Source of the DNA: a virus
Lineage: Duplodnaviria > Heunggongvirae > Uroviricota > Caudoviricetes
Direction: 5' to 3' (one strand)
Virus record (IMG/VR): IMGVR_UViG_2690316227_000003
DNA: 5,836 nucleotides
Shown here: in pieces, positions 5,824 to 5,836 of the stretch
Layout: the number at the start of each line of letters is the position of its first letter
How positions within the stretch are numbered: position 1 is the stretch's first letter
Notes under the pieces: model-generated
What the model was told of the DNA's origin: nothing
The model's input: the letters and a program-made list of their open reading frames with translations, nothing else
Databases searched by the model: none
Made by a program: the position numbers and the translations under genes

Positions 5824-5836
5824 ATGGCAGGAGTTC
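5824..5836 (+). CDS. H: Probable start of the tail tape-measure gene (lambda gpH-like), 3'-truncated by the window end
   Basis: ATG at 5824 (MAGV...) lies 12 nt after the T stop, where H follows T in lambda. Only four codons are visible and there is no clear Shine-Dalgarno, so this rests on synteny alone. Confidence 0.3.

Noticed and set aside
1-5836. Possibility of a hidden defence system, CRISPR array, tRNA, or IS element
   Set aside because: No direct-repeat/spacer periodicity, no terminal inverted repeats with a transposase-like ORF, no tRNA-like cloverleaf-sized non-coding gaps; coding density on one strand is near 100% with lambda-syntenic genes.

Overview
This window is a contiguous, same-strand (+) block of the late morphogenetic operon of a lambda-like (lambdoid) siphovirus, most likely a prophage in an enterobacterial genome. 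Gene order and recalled protein similarity match phage lambda C/Nu3 - D - E - FI - FII - Z - U - V - G - (G-T frameshift) - T, with the tape-measure gene (H) probably starting in the last 13 nt. Proteins look roughly 60-85% identical to lambda by eye (recalled from memory, not computed), so this is a relative of lambda, not lambda itself. Genes are tightly packed with short or overlapping junctions, and I see no inserted accessory (moron) gene, defence system, CRISPR array, tRNA or mobile element. I therefore do not find a previously undescribed system here. What is worth a second look is fine-scale: a nested in-frame scaffold start, a triplicated repeat in the scaffold domain, a terminator-like hairpin after the major capsid gene, a 20-bp perfect palindrome between D and E, the canonical G-T -1 frameshift site, and a divergent FI-like gene.
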